64,000 nt of DNA from a virus. Lineage: Duplodnaviria; Caudoviricetes. The stretch lies in IMG/VR virus record IMGVR_UViG_3300015608_004761, positions 1-64,000 of that record, one strand, 5' to 3'. The notes beneath the pieces were generated by a model. It was not told the DNA's origin. It made no database searches and was given only the letters and a program-made list of their open reading frames with translations. The translations under genes and the position numbers were made by a program. Shown here piece after piece: positions 18,601-28,070 of this stretch (within the stretch, counting starts at the first letter, position 1; each line of letters opens with the position of its first letter).

Positions 18601-19766
18601 CGTACATCCTCGCGGGCTTCCCCGGGATGGTCTTCGACAACCTGTCGGTGGGGATGCACGCCGTGGGGCACGTGCAGAGCGTGCAGCACTCCGGGATCGT
18701 GCGGGACAAGGGCGCGCGCATGGCCTCGCAGGCGCAGCTCTCCTACTGCCGGACGATCTACGAGTTCATCGCGGACGTGCGCGCCGATGCCGTGCGCTTC
18801 GGAGGGCGCGTCACGTCCGCCCCGGCCGAGCTCATCAGCGAGATTCGCGAGGTGGTGCAGGACGAGGGGCGCGCCGAGCAGTTCTACAAGAAGCTCCTCT
18901 ACGGGGGACGGGAGAACCTCGCCGGGGCGTGCTTCCGCTGGACCGAGGCCATGGGCTACTCCGACGGCGGTCAGGTCATCCCCATCGAGATCGTGGGCGA
19001 ATCCGTCGCCGTTCAGGAGGAGCGACTCCGGGCGGCCGAGGCGGCGGGGCGCGGCGAGGGCACGGCGTCTGGATCCGAGCAGGGGCAGCCCTCGCCCGCG
19101 ACGGCCGCGCAGTCGGCGAGCGCCGGGGGCGTCTCCTCGCAGGGGCAGACCACGGTGCACACGAACCTGGACCCCAACAAGGAGCTCTCGCCCAGGCAGA
19201 ACATCTACTCCGACGCCTTCCGCAGCTACGACGTTGCCATGCGCCTCGCCGCACGCCCCGCCTGCACGCTCGACGAATACATCCGCTTCTGGCACGGTGG
19301 GAAAACCGTCGGACAGATGCAAGCCACGGGACAAGTTGGACCCATCCGCACCGATTATGCGTATCGGACGCAACTGATTCCTGAAGTAGTTGCAGAGGCC
19401 GCGACACCTACCAGTGTCCTGAGGCTGGTGTACGGAGTGACGGAACGACCTACGGCGCAGTTTTACGACTGGATCTTCAAGCTGGTTCCAGGACCGGGTC
19501 GTAACACGCAGAAGGACCGCGACGACGCGGCCGATGACGCACGAGAAGGCAACTCCAATCGTCCACGACGTGCTCAAACCGAAGAAGATCGCTTGAGGCC
19601 GCCGACGGATGAGGAACAGGGGTTCACCCGCCCACCCGCACAGATCCTTCCCACCGCACGATCTCAAGGCGTGCCGGAGACCTACCCTGACACGAGGGCC
19701 GACTGGGACACCGTGTTGGACCTCTACCGCGAGAAGGTCGTGCAGAGAGTGAGCCCGAGCCGATGA
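15651..19766 (+). CDS. Baseplate hub-like tail protein with M23 peptidase domain
   Basis: FHAGSDISAAIGTPVYA, GNMVVV, YMHF, GDVLGYVG, GAHCHLEV (HxxxD/HxH); FNPYILAGFP; 1371 aa. Confidence 0.75.
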   Translation: MAIDPTAARPASTPSDNPTYQGAWVCYINGRAVPIYAFDTTSRVWEPPTARIHLLPDVLLMRLGHEDRVPVAFFYLDHWVDPAKPDFRLLFDGEILGWSYSHAKGTRTVSFTVTAHIHIFQQLYFQYMTNIDDVVAARSPELVASSIATTPGPIYPYALYHQGLNQTAAQIEAATPRPGVTVTDVNLDAETPGATLPIQAPYELVYNAVKGCIDATIPNERRSLPMMNFFARHIRKTQFHNRWVRLPIMEDPAVLAGELGVFPIFRAARSVEALNAMQRHVASQVGNAGPVWNVFQQTLGLVYMEIGMVPNPCSVLVQLNDTSGVGNPVDGRIIGHPRYDTPLRDQRTVDAQQGPAPQAPETFRRDPPSPLRRSEEEPLFVPEEPTQRIAVVDNSERVVSTAPVGSGVRFNRVGAGGTEFGVDPLTPIRLAQYFVKPAMHFAEPPACNVIFPSMVDSWTYDENYLAQPTRIYVNDSVMTGLLRADGANREFMLHALTVAYPEEADALLHHKVNAAVGGAGSTAPTESGKNLLLWPEEYYKGPVTAKSALPAWFQFARQFSNAQAATLGAAGSGGPAVGVPPSGLARAESLMGGPAGSVSGGLAFSVARRNSQGQSYFHAGSDISAAIGTPVYAVLPGQVSEVVANFQPSGDKCGNMVVVNHPRSGPNGETVTCIYMHFQRFGEGISEGRRVNPGDVLGYVGVTNGSAPDRDAVIRAFNIPPAKALEAFNAGTQAGAERVLAPFLENRPIPSGTDLSRKPWSYTEREANPDQAARARVPHTPVPQWKILARCVAGLFHQTGGAHCHLEVIFTPPGQRIDRSPPRYVNNVLTPNNRVDAVAWLASIGVALGTNHSRAPGPSRRGRIPPATGAPAPTPDINTANLTASAPASAAPLPSAGVSPQITTVARNIPRIAPNAGAATPGAGGPGAPHTTAHEAPTTTALAPGGTAAEGDSFASLFRLYAQQEYLRQRYAQRGAGVNMRFNPYILAGFPGMVFDNLSVGMHAVGHVQSVQHSGIVRDKGARMASQAQLSYCRTIYEFIADVRADAVRFGGRVTSAPAELISEIREVVQDEGRAEQFYKKLLYGGRENLAGACFRWTEAMGYSDGGQVIPIEIVGESVAVQEERLRAAEAAGRGEGTASGSEQGQPSPATAAQSASAGGVSSQGQTTVHTNLDPNKELSPRQNIYSDAFRSYDVAMRLAARPACTLDEYIRFWHGGKTVGQMQATGQVGPIRTDYAYRTQLIPEVVAEAATPTSVLRLVYGVTERPTAQFYDWIFKLVPGPGRNTQKDRDDAADDAREGNSNRPRRAQTEEDRLRPPTDEEQGFTRPPAQILPTARSQGVPETYPDTRADWDTVLDLYREKVVQRVSPSR

Positions 19767-20467
19767 ACGAGATCAAGAGCCAGGACCTCCTGCTGTGGGA
19801 GAAGTGGAAGAAGAGCCGCTCGCCCACGGACCTCGAAGCCCTCATGCGTCATGTGGCGCCGCTCCTTCGCAGCGAGGTAAACCGCTGGAGCCGCATCGCG
19901 CCGGAGTTCCTCTTGGAGAACGAGGCCAAGCGCCTCGCGATCAAGGCGTTCGAGGACTACAACCCCAACCATGTGCCCCCCACGGCCCTCGGGACGCACG
20001 TGAAGAACCACCTCCTGAAGCTCTCCCGTACGGCGTACAGCCGCCAGTCCACGCTGACCGTGCCGGAGGCCAAGCGTCTCACCTTCAATCAGGTCCAGCG
20101 CCAGCGCACGCTCCTGGAGGACCAGACGGGCAGACCCCCGACGTTGGAGGAGCTCGCCGACCACATGCGCCTCTCGCCCGCGCGACTGCACGCGTTGCAG
20201 AACGAGGTGAGCAAGCGCGAGTACATGGAGTCCGGCGAGGGCCCCTCGTTCGTTCAGCACACCGACGACCCGGAGGTCGTGCACCTCGCGTGGCACGACA
20301 TGACGCCCGTTCAGCGGCAGATCTTCGAGATGCGCACGGGTTACAACGGCGCCAAGATCCTGCCCGGCGCCAAGATCATGCAGGAGACCGGCCTCACGCA
20401 GGGCCAGCTCTCCCACCAGATCGGCAAGATCCGCGACACCCTCGTGCGCGCCCAGAACCTACGCTAA
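19763..20467 (+). CDS. Sigma70-family RNA polymerase sigma factor (regions 2-3-4)
   Basis: AIKAFEDYNP..LGTHV (region 2), GRPPTLEELADHM (region 3), QRQIFEMR..IMQETGLTQGQLSH (region 4 HTH). Confidence 0.8.
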   Translation: MNEIKSQDLLLWEKWKKSRSPTDLEALMRHVAPLLRSEVNRWSRIAPEFLLENEAKRLAIKAFEDYNPNHVPPTALGTHVKNHLLKLSRTAYSRQSTLTVPEAKRLTFNQVQRQRTLLEDQTGRPPTLEELADHMRLSPARLHALQNEVSKREYMESGEGPSFVQHTDDPEVVHLAWHDMTPVQRQIFEMRTGYNGAKILPGAKIMQETGLTQGQLSHQIGKIRDTLVRAQNLR

Positions 20468-20471
20468 CCCC

Positions 20472-21620
20472 GTGACCGGACAGGCCGCCACCGTCGTCTC
20501 CCAGGCCGTCAACGCGGAGGCGCAGGAGCGCCGCACGCGGGCGCGGGTGTACCTGAACGCAGCCGCCCCGGACACGCGCTCGCAAGGCCGTTGGCTCTCC
20601 GAGGTGGGCTTCCTCGACACCTCCCCGGTGAGCTACGCGGAGATGAGCCCCTCGAACTTCGTGCCCGCCGACGACCCCGAGGGGCGTGAGATCAACCAGA
20701 TCTACCTCGTGCCGTACGGGCTGGAGCGGGACGCCGCCCTGCTCTCGGGAGCACGCCCGACGCGCTACCGCTCCTCGCGACGACAGGGGACCAACGGCAC
20801 GGCCCCCTTCCCGGGCGCGCAGGGGCTCACCGGGGCCTCGGACCTCGACGAAGCAGGCGCCTCGCAGGCCAAGACCCTGGCGGTGCTGGCGGCCTTGCGT
20901 CAGGCGGACGGCGGCCCCGGCTACCACGCCGTGGTCACGCGCGCCGGGGCTGTCTACCTGTGCGGCCCGGCCGACGTGTCGGTCTCCCCCGTCGAGGACG
21001 CGGACAACGCCTTCTGCGTAGCGGTGGAGTCGGCCGTGACGCGCGGCCCCGAAGGCCAGCTCGCCGAGGCCACCTGGACGGGGGCGCAGTTGGACGCGCT
21101 GGCCGTGCTCGTCGCCAAGCTGCGCGCGGCCTACCCGTCGCTCCTGCTCGACGAGGAGACGGGTGTGCGCCTCGTGGACCGGGAGACCCGCCCCGACGGC
21201 CTCGCGGCGTGGTTCGCCGGGGACGCGCCGGCCACCTTCACCCAACGCGTCGCCGACCTGGGAGAGTTCGATGCAGCGACCGAAGTATTTCGTCGTTCGC
21301 CTCCTCCGTCGGCGCGCCGAGCAGAGGCGCAGGTCGCCGTCGGTACCGCCGACACGGCCGGCGAGAGCTCGCGAGTCCTCGCCGCGTACGTGGGGCTCGC
21401 CGCCGCCGAGCGCAGCCACGGCGTCTCGGAGCTGTCGCGCGCCAACGTGTTCGTCCAGCGGGCGCGCGTAGCGCACGTGTCGGGCGACGAGGGGGCCGAG
21501 GAGGCGGCTCATGCGGGGGCGGCCGACCAGCTCGTGCCGACCTTCCCCGAGGTCGTGGGCTACGAGCCCCACGTCTACAACTTCGCCACCGGCCGGTGGG
21601 GCGACGGGGAGACCGCGTGA
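20472..21620 (+). CDS. N-acetylmuramoyl-L-alanine amidase (Amidase_2)-like protein, possibly inactive
   Basis: PGYHAVVTRAGAVY, CVAVES, TGAQLDALAVLVAKL; Zn-ligand histidines not evident. Confidence 0.6.
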   Translation: MTGQAATVVSQAVNAEAQERRTRARVYLNAAAPDTRSQGRWLSEVGFLDTSPVSYAEMSPSNFVPADDPEGREINQIYLVPYGLERDAALLSGARPTRYRSSRRQGTNGTAPFPGAQGLTGASDLDEAGASQAKTLAVLAALRQADGGPGYHAVVTRAGAVYLCGPADVSVSPVEDADNAFCVAVESAVTRGPEGQLAEATWTGAQLDALAVLVAKLRAAYPSLLLDEETGVRLVDRETRPDGLAAWFAGDAPATFTQRVADLGEFDAATEVFRRSPPPSARRAEAQVAVGTADTAGESSRVLAAYVGLAAAERSHGVSELSRANVFVQRARVAHVSGDEGAEEAAHAGAADQLVPTFPEVVGYEPHVYNFATGRWGDGETA

Positions 21621-22057
21621 GCCCCGACGTGCACATCCAGCTCATCGACCCGAGCGAGCAGGGGTGGAGGTCGATCTTCACCTTCGGGCCCACGGGCCCA
21701 CGGGCCGTCACGGGTTCGATCAAGCTGCTCAACCGCTGGATCAAGGTCTTCATGACCCCGGTGAACTCGCACCCCGTGCGCCGGAACGAGGGCACGAAGT
21801 TCTCGTCGCTCATCCGCTCGAACGTGAACTTCTCGCTCGTCCAGCCGGACATCCTGGAGGCCGTCGACGACGCGACCGAGCAGGTCCGGGCCGAGGACCG
21901 CCGCACGCCGAGCCGCCCGCCCGACGAGGCGATCCAGAGCGCCACGGTCGTCCGCTTCAACCTCGTCGGTGCCTCCGGCGTGGAGTTCTGGGTCGAAGTC
22001 ATCAACATGCTGGGCGAGCGCGTCCGCGTGCTCTTCCCTTACGCCTCGCGGCGTTAG
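21617..22057 (+). CDS. Baseplate wedge gp25-like protein
   Basis: VTGSIKLLNRWIKVFMTPVNS..RNEGT; lies before the J-like gene; GTG 21617 coupled. Confidence 0.7.
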   Translation: MSPDVHIQLIDPSEQGWRSIFTFGPTGPRAVTGSIKLLNRWIKVFMTPVNSHPVRRNEGTKFSSLIRSNVNFSLVQPDILEAVDDATEQVRAEDRRTPSRPPDEAIQSATVVRFNLVGASGVEFWVEVINMLGERVRVLFPYASRR

Positions 22058-22069
22058 TATCCTTGGCCG

Positions 22070-24085
22070 ATGGCCACTCCGACCCCCGAAGAGCTGGCGG
22101 CCATGGCCGCCCGGATGCGCAACGTCCTCGCGACGCGCGTGAACGGCGACTACGGCGCCCAGAGCGTCCTCGGTGACCTCGTGGTCGACGCGCACACGGT
22201 CGTTCTCGCCGACGTGCTCGGCGAGGTCCAGGGATTGCGCCAACGGCAGTCTCTCCGGTCGCTCCGGCAGGCGCCCACCGGTCCCGACACCGACGAGGCC
22301 GTGGACTCGATCCTGTCGAATCTCTTCGTCGACCGCGACCAGGGCTCGTTCGCGCGCGGCGCGGCGCAAGTCTACTTCACCCAGCGCGTGGACACGCTCC
22401 TGCCGCGTACGACGAGGTTCTTCAAGACCACGTCGCTCGTCTTCTACGCCCGCACCACCGTGGACCTACTGATCCCGGCGGCCTCCATGCGGGCCGTCTA
22501 CGACGCGCGCGGGAGCGTCGTCTACTGGACCTACTCCGTCCCGCTGATCGCCGCCCGCACGGGCGACGCCTACAACGTGGCGCCCGGACGGTTCTCGTCC
22601 GTGGACCCGTTCAGCCCCTACCTCGCCTACGCCGAGAACCTGCGCAAGTACGCCGGGGGCCTCGGCGTCGAGACGAGCAACAACCTCGTCGTGCGCGCGG
22701 CGTCCGCCATGAGCGTGCGGTCGCTCGTGAACGAGCGGTCGAACGACGCGCGACTGCGGGCGACATTCCCCGAGGTGCAGTCGGTGCTCTCGGTCGGCGC
22801 GGGGGACCCCGAGATGATCCGCGACCAGGTGAATAGCTACGGCGAGGGCCTGCCGATGCACGTGCTCGGGCACACGGACATCTACGTGCGACTGCCGCGA
22901 GAAACGGTGACCCAGACCGTCACGGTGGGGGCCCCCGCCGCCAGGGCGGACGGGAAGAACCTCTCCTTCACGGACCCAGGGCTCGCGGGCTCCGGCTTCG
23001 AGCAGTACGCCGTACAGGCCGGGGACGTGATGGTGGTGTCTGCGGGCCTCACGGACGCCCCCGGCCACTACCGGGTGGCGGGCGTGCGGGGCAAGAGCCT
23101 GTCGATCGACGCGGGCCTGCCCTTCCCCGAGGCGACCGACGAGCTCACGAGCCCGCCGTCCGTGACGTACTCGATCGGCGACAACTGGCCCGCCTTCGAC
23201 AACAAGGTGTCGACCACGACCAGCTCCTCGGCCCGCACGAGCCGCCAGATCGTCCGCGAGGGCGCGGCGATCCTCCCCGGGGGCCCCGTCTACGCGATCT
23301 CGCGCATCGAGGTCCCGTCGCCCCCGACGGCGATCGAGGACTTCACCGACCCTGTCACGGGCTCGGTCCTCTTCTCCAGGCGCCTGAACTCGGACCCCGG
23401 GGCTCCCTCTCGCGGGCAGCCGCTCGCCTACCGCCTCGCGGTAGAGAACCCTGAGTCGGGCCAGTCCGATCAGGCGATCACCGTGCTCACCCTCGGCTGG
23501 CCGGGCGAGGACCTGGAGGGCACCGAGGTGCTCGTCACCTACGAGACGCTCGTGGGGTTCGACTCGCTGTCCGAACTCGTCTCCTCGCGGTCGGAGCGCG
23601 TCTCGGCGGCCAATGTTCTCGCGCGCGCCGAGCACCCGGTCTACGTCTCCTGCACCGTCCCCTACCGGCCTCGCACGCTGCCCACGAGCTTCGGGACCCA
23701 GGTGGCCACCGTGGACGAGGAGGCTGTGATCGAGGCGATCTCCGAGCTCATCGAGCAGGCACCGAGCGGCTCCCTGGACGTCACGGCCGTCACGCAGGCG
23801 GCCACCAAGGCCGAGCCCGACAACATCGGCGGCTACTACCCCTTCTCGGTGACCTACGAGCTGCTCCTGCCGGACGGTCGCGTGGCCAAGTACCAGACGC
23901 CCGATCAGGTGACGCTGCTCCTCGGCGGGCGCAGCGCCGCGCAGATCACCAACTACGCCGACCTGGGCCTCGCGCAGGGGGACACGGCCGGTTACAACGC
24001 GCTCCTGCGCCGGCTCGGCGTGAGCGACCGCGTCGTTCGTTACTTCACCGGGCCCGGCTCGGTGGCCCTGGACCGGAGGGCGTGA
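22070..24085 (+). CDS. Baseplate J-like wedge protein
   Basis: VPLIAARTGDAYNVAPG, AENLRKYAGGLGVET motifs typical of J/gp47. Confidence 0.75.
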   Translation: MATPTPEELAAMAARMRNVLATRVNGDYGAQSVLGDLVVDAHTVVLADVLGEVQGLRQRQSLRSLRQAPTGPDTDEAVDSILSNLFVDRDQGSFARGAAQVYFTQRVDTLLPRTTRFFKTTSLVFYARTTVDLLIPAASMRAVYDARGSVVYWTYSVPLIAARTGDAYNVAPGRFSSVDPFSPYLAYAENLRKYAGGLGVETSNNLVVRAASAMSVRSLVNERSNDARLRATFPEVQSVLSVGAGDPEMIRDQVNSYGEGLPMHVLGHTDIYVRLPRETVTQTVTVGAPAARADGKNLSFTDPGLAGSGFEQYAVQAGDVMVVSAGLTDAPGHYRVAGVRGKSLSIDAGLPFPEATDELTSPPSVTYSIGDNWPAFDNKVSTTTSSSARTSRQIVREGAAILPGGPVYAISRIEVPSPPTAIEDFTDPVTGSVLFSRRLNSDPGAPSRGQPLAYRLAVENPESGQSDQAITVLTLGWPGEDLEGTEVLVTYETLVGFDSLSELVSSRSERVSAANVLARAEHPVYVSCTVPYRPRTLPTSFGTQVATVDEEAVIEAISELIEQAPSGSLDVTAVTQAATKAEPDNIGGYYPFSVTYELLLPDGRVAKYQTPDQVTLLLGGRSAAQITNYADLGLAQGDTAGYNALLRRLGVSDRVVRYFTGPGSVALDRRA

Positions 24086-24086
24086 C

Positions 24087-27000
24087 GTGCCGATGACCCC
24101 GCAAGGCGCGCGGACCTTCCTGCACGCCCTCTCCGACTTCTGGGTGCTGTACTTCCAGGACATGAAGGTCCTGGACGCCTACGCCGAAGGCATCGCCCTC
24201 AACACGGCGCAGCTCTACCAGACCTTCCTCGAAACGGTGCTCGGGTCCTCCCTCGCGGACGCGCCCCTCTTTGACCGAACCTTCTACGCGCCCTACGCCC
24301 TGCGCGAAGACGCGATCCGCTACATCGAGGGGGAAGGGCCGGACCAGGACCGCTGGCGCGTGGCGACCGGCGACGCCCTGCGCGGCGCGGACTACCTCGT
24401 CAACCGGATCATCGCGCCCACCGCGTTCCTGCGCCAAGGGCGAGAGTTCGAGGTCACGCCTGGGGCCTTCGACTTCCGAGGGGAACCCTTCGAGGCCCTC
24501 GCCAACTTCCCAGTACGCTTCATCACCGTCGTCTCCCCGGGCGCCTGGAGGGACCCCCTGGGGCGCGGCTGGGACGGTGTGCGACCCGGCGACGCCTTCG
24601 TCTTGCAGATCGGCGGCGCCCAGGCCGAGGCCGTCGTCACTGGGACCGACGGACCTGTGATCCATCTCGACTCAGCCCCGGTGCTCCTCTCCCAGAGCCT
24701 CGTCCGGCGGGGCGGGCGCGTGACGATCCTGCGCACCCCGTGGGATCGACAGGTCGTGGGCCGACTGCTACCGGATCACCCCGAGTACTCCGAACGCCTC
24801 TCCACGGGGGCCAACGACGGAATGACCGTCATCGGCGGGAACGAAGTCAGCATCCTCGGGCTCTCGGGCTACCGGGGGTCGTGGACGATCTCGACGGCCT
24901 ACGCCGTGGGGGACCTCGTCTTCCGATCGGGGCGCGCGTGGCGGTGCCTGGAGGCGCACACGAGCGGCGGCTCCTTCGACCCCGCGCCGTGGGACGACCT
25001 CTCGCTCGGCTACGTCTACATGACGCACGTGGACGACCCGTCGCGCGACGGCCTCTACCCGCTCGGAACGCCTTCGATGGCTGGGCGCGTCCGGCTCACG
25101 GGCGCCGCCGACTTCACGCAGACCGGCTCGGTGCTCCTCCAGCGCGTCCGATACCAGGGTATCACCTCCGGTCCGGTGAACCTCCGTCTCGGGCACGAGT
25201 TCATCGACCCCGGGCTCGTAATCTCCTCGCGGCGGGAGGTGGCCCGTCGTGTGCGACAGGACGACGGCAGCTACGTCACCCACCCTGCGGGGGAGGCTGT
25301 GGAGGAGGGCGTCGACTGGTCGCTCGACGCGGAAGCCGGGCACGTTCGCGTCCTCTCGGCGTGGTCGCCGGGGGTCCCGGCCCGCGCGAGCTACACGTGG
25401 CGCCTGCTCGTGGCCAAGACCGGCCTGCCCTGGAAGGGGGCGCTCGCGGCGGGGCCGTACTCGCGGGGCGACCTCCTCTCCTACGCGGGCGAGCCGTACG
25501 TCGTACGGGAGGACCACACCTCGGGGGGCTCCTTCGACCCCGCGCTTTACGCGCCCTTCGTCCCGCCCGCCGCCCTCGACGCGGAGCGCGTCGTGCGCGA
25601 GGCCGCCGTGTGGGCGACGGACGCGCTCGTCGACACCGGGAGGCTCTACGCGAACTTCGGGGCGCTCCTGGCCCCGGAGCGGGACTCCTCGGAGGTCTAC
25701 CGGGCGTTCCTGACGGCCGTCTCCCGCCTCTTCCTCTTCGGGCCCACGCTGGAGCGCTTCGAGAGCGCGCTCAACGCCGTGGCGGGCCTGCCCCTCGTGC
25801 GCGAGGACGGGGAGGTGCTCCTGTCCTACTCCAGCGGCGTGGACGAGAGCGAGGGAGACAGCGCCGTGTACGGCACTGCGATGGGGCAGAACGGGTCGCT
25901 CGACGCGGCGTCGGGGACCTTCGAGAGCCCGACGGCGGGGCTGTTCCCGAACGACGTGGGGGCCGTGATCGAGGTGCGTGAGGGCGGGCGCCTGGAACGC
26001 TACACCGTGACGGGCGTGGTCTCGGCCACCACCGCCCTGGTCACCCCCGTCCCGACCGCCGACGCGGAGCACCTCCCGTGGAGCTACGACCACGTCGCGA
26101 TGAAGAACCGCCTGCGCCTCGCGGGCAACGGGTACCGCTTCACCGACGAGGACATCGGCGCCTGGGTTCGGGTCACATCGACCGGCAACCCCCGCAACGT
26201 GGGCACCTTCCGCGTGCTCTCGATCGACGACCCGCTCACAGCGGAACTGGAGAGCGAGTACGGCTTCGTCGACGCCGCGCCCGTCGCGTGGGACCTCTCT
26301 CGCTCGGGAGAGCAGGTCGTCGGCACGAGCCGCCGCGAGTACCGAGTGCCCCTCAACGTCCCCCTGCGCCAGGACCTAAGCGTCGGGCAGAGCCTGCGAG
26401 CCTTCACGCCACTCTCGACGGCCTTCGTCGCCGTCGACTACCTGGAGGACCCCTCCTGGTGGCACCGCGTGACCATCCCCCAGGAGCTCCTCGGGGACGG
26501 CGCGGGGCCCCGAACGGTGTCGCCCGAGCTCATCGAGAACGTCTACGGCGCGCTCGACGGCGCCTCGTTCGGGGACCCCGGCTTCTACTACGGCGCCGAC
26601 GAGACGGGACGACCCGGCACCGAGAGGAAGGGCGAAGCCGTCTGGTACGGAGCGCACGAGGTAGTGCTTGGGTTCGGTCCCGGCGTCCCGGTCGCGCGCG
26701 GGAGGGACGTGGGCGAGTACTTGGTGGTCCACACCGAGGGCTTCCGTGGCTGCTTCGAGATCACGAGCGTCTCTCAGGACGGCAAGCGGCTCGGGCTCGA
26801 CCGGTTCCCGCCGCCGGAGGCGCACGGCGCCGTGCCGCCGCAGTCGATCACGGTGGAACTCCCGCCGCTCGTCTACCGGCGCACCGTCGGGTTCGTGCTC
26901 ATGGACCGGACGCTCAAGTACCACTCCGTGCGGATCGAGGTGGACCCGTCGGTCGGGCTCACGCGGACGTTCCTCGAAGACACGCTGCGGATCATCTCGA

Positions 27001-27581
27001 CGTCCAAGCCCACGCACGTGTTCCTCTTCTTCGACGCGATCACGAGCTTCGTAGACAGGGCCGAAGTGGAGGAGGCTCTCACGATCGCCATCGACTACGC
27101 GCTCCTCGACCAGATCCAGGCAGGGGACGCGACGGCCCTCGCGGCGGTGGCCCCCCTGCGCGCGGGCGACGCCTACCGGTTCGTCGCACGAACGGCCTCC
27201 ATCTCAAGTGCGCCCGGAACCTACGCGCTCCCCACGACCCTGCCGTCCGGCACCTCGCCGGAGCGCACGCTCGTGAAGGTGCGCTTCGACCCGGCCGCGC
27301 GCGTGGGCGCGCGCCTCCCGACCGAGGGCGTGGACTACGACGTCGACTACGCGGGAGGCACCGTGACGATCCGCGCCGGGGTGACCCTGACCCCCACCCC
27401 GGTCACGGTGAGCTACCTGGACTGCATCCGGCGCCAGCTCGCCCCGTCCGACCCCCACGACCCCGGCGAGGTCGACTGGCTGGCGGGGGGCGCGGACCCC
27501 ACCTTCGTCCGTCCGCCCGGTGCGCCGGTTTCAGCCGCCGCTATCGTCGACCGTGCGATTCAGATTACCCTTGGCCCGTGA
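24087..27581 (+). CDS. Large baseplate/tail protein with two CBM5/12-like repeats
   Basis: W...AYAVGDLVFRSGRAWRCLEAHTSGGSFDP and W...YSRGDLLSYAGEPYVVREDHTSGGSFDP; C-terminal SKPTHV wedge-like motif. Confidence 0.7.
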   Translation: MPMTPQGARTFLHALSDFWVLYFQDMKVLDAYAEGIALNTAQLYQTFLETVLGSSLADAPLFDRTFYAPYALREDAIRYIEGEGPDQDRWRVATGDALRGADYLVNRIIAPTAFLRQGREFEVTPGAFDFRGEPFEALANFPVRFITVVSPGAWRDPLGRGWDGVRPGDAFVLQIGGAQAEAVVTGTDGPVIHLDSAPVLLSQSLVRRGGRVTILRTPWDRQVVGRLLPDHPEYSERLSTGANDGMTVIGGNEVSILGLSGYRGSWTISTAYAVGDLVFRSGRAWRCLEAHTSGGSFDPAPWDDLSLGYVYMTHVDDPSRDGLYPLGTPSMAGRVRLTGAADFTQTGSVLLQRVRYQGITSGPVNLRLGHEFIDPGLVISSRREVARRVRQDDGSYVTHPAGEAVEEGVDWSLDAEAGHVRVLSAWSPGVPARASYTWRLLVAKTGLPWKGALAAGPYSRGDLLSYAGEPYVVREDHTSGGSFDPALYAPFVPPAALDAERVVREAAVWATDALVDTGRLYANFGALLAPERDSSEVYRAFLTAVSRLFLFGPTLERFESALNAVAGLPLVREDGEVLLSYSSGVDESEGDSAVYGTAMGQNGSLDAASGTFESPTAGLFPNDVGAVIEVREGGRLERYTVTGVVSATTALVTPVPTADAEHLPWSYDHVAMKNRLRLAGNGYRFTDEDIGAWVRVTSTGNPRNVGTFRVLSIDDPLTAELESEYGFVDAAPVAWDLSRSGEQVVGTSRREYRVPLNVPLRQDLSVGQSLRAFTPLSTAFVAVDYLEDPSWWHRVTIPQELLGDGAGPRTVSPELIENVYGALDGASFGDPGFYYGADETGRPGTERKGEAVWYGAHEVVLGFGPGVPVARGRDVGEYLVVHTEGFRGCFEITSVSQDGKRLGLDRFPPPEAHGAVPPQSITVELPPLVYRRTVGFVLMDRTLKYHSVRIEVDPSVGLTRTFLEDTLRIISTSKPTHVFLFFDAITSFVDRAEVEEALTIAIDYALLDQIQAGDATALAAVAPLRAGDAYRFVARTASISSAPGTYALPTTLPSGTSPERTLVKVRFDPAARVGARLPTEGVDYDVDYAGGTVTIRAGVTLTPTPVTVSYLDCIRRQLAPSDPHDPGEVDWLAGGADPTFVRPPGAPVSAAAIVDRAIQITLGP

Positions 27582-28063
27582 GCGCTCGAAGAGTTTCCGT
27601 CCGGGAGCCGTTCACCCTCCGGGGTGAGATCCAGATCGTCGTGCGCGGGGGTCCGCGCGTACGGCGTATCGCCGTGCGCAACACGATCCTTTACACGGGC
27701 CGGAACGCCCTCCTGTACCTCCTGGCACAGAACACGGGCTCCCCCACCGACTGGAAGCTGTCGCGCCTCATCCCCGGCACCAACGGGTCGCCCCCGACGG
27801 CAGGCGACCCTGGGGCCTTGGCCCCGGTGGGCCTCTCCGACCAGATCGTGCTCGGCCCATCGGACGTGGTCGTCTCCCCCGGCACCGGGGAGCTCATCGT
27901 CACGGGCACGCTCCTCTCCACGCAGGCCAACGGCGCGGACCTGCGGGAGATCGTCCTCGGCATGGGCAACGGCGAGGCGTTCGCCCGACAGGTGACGCCC
28001 ATCATCCCCAAGAACGACCCCCTCACCGTCACGTACACGTGGCGCATCGCCGTCGCCACCTGA
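27578..28063 (+). CDS. Tail collar/fibre-attachment protein
   Basis: RNTILYTGR..ANGADLREIVL..FARQVTPIIPKNDPLTVTYTWRI; start refined to GTG 27578. Confidence 0.7.
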   Translation: MSARRVSVREPFTLRGEIQIVVRGGPRVRRIAVRNTILYTGRNALLYLLAQNTGSPTDWKLSRLIPGTNGSPPTAGDPGALAPVGLSDQIVLGPSDVVVSPGTGELIVTGTLLSTQANGADLREIVLGMGNGEAFARQVTPIIPKNDPLTVTYTWRIAVAT

Positions 28064-28070
28064 GCCCACC

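Noticed and set aside
15372-19667. Very long antisense or alternative-frame ORFs (e.g. 15372-19667 -, 9260-13156 +, 30715-33741 +, 44337-47858 -)
   Set aside because: Shadow ORFs expected at high GC; Arg/Gly/Pro-rich, without motifs, and overlapping well-supported genes
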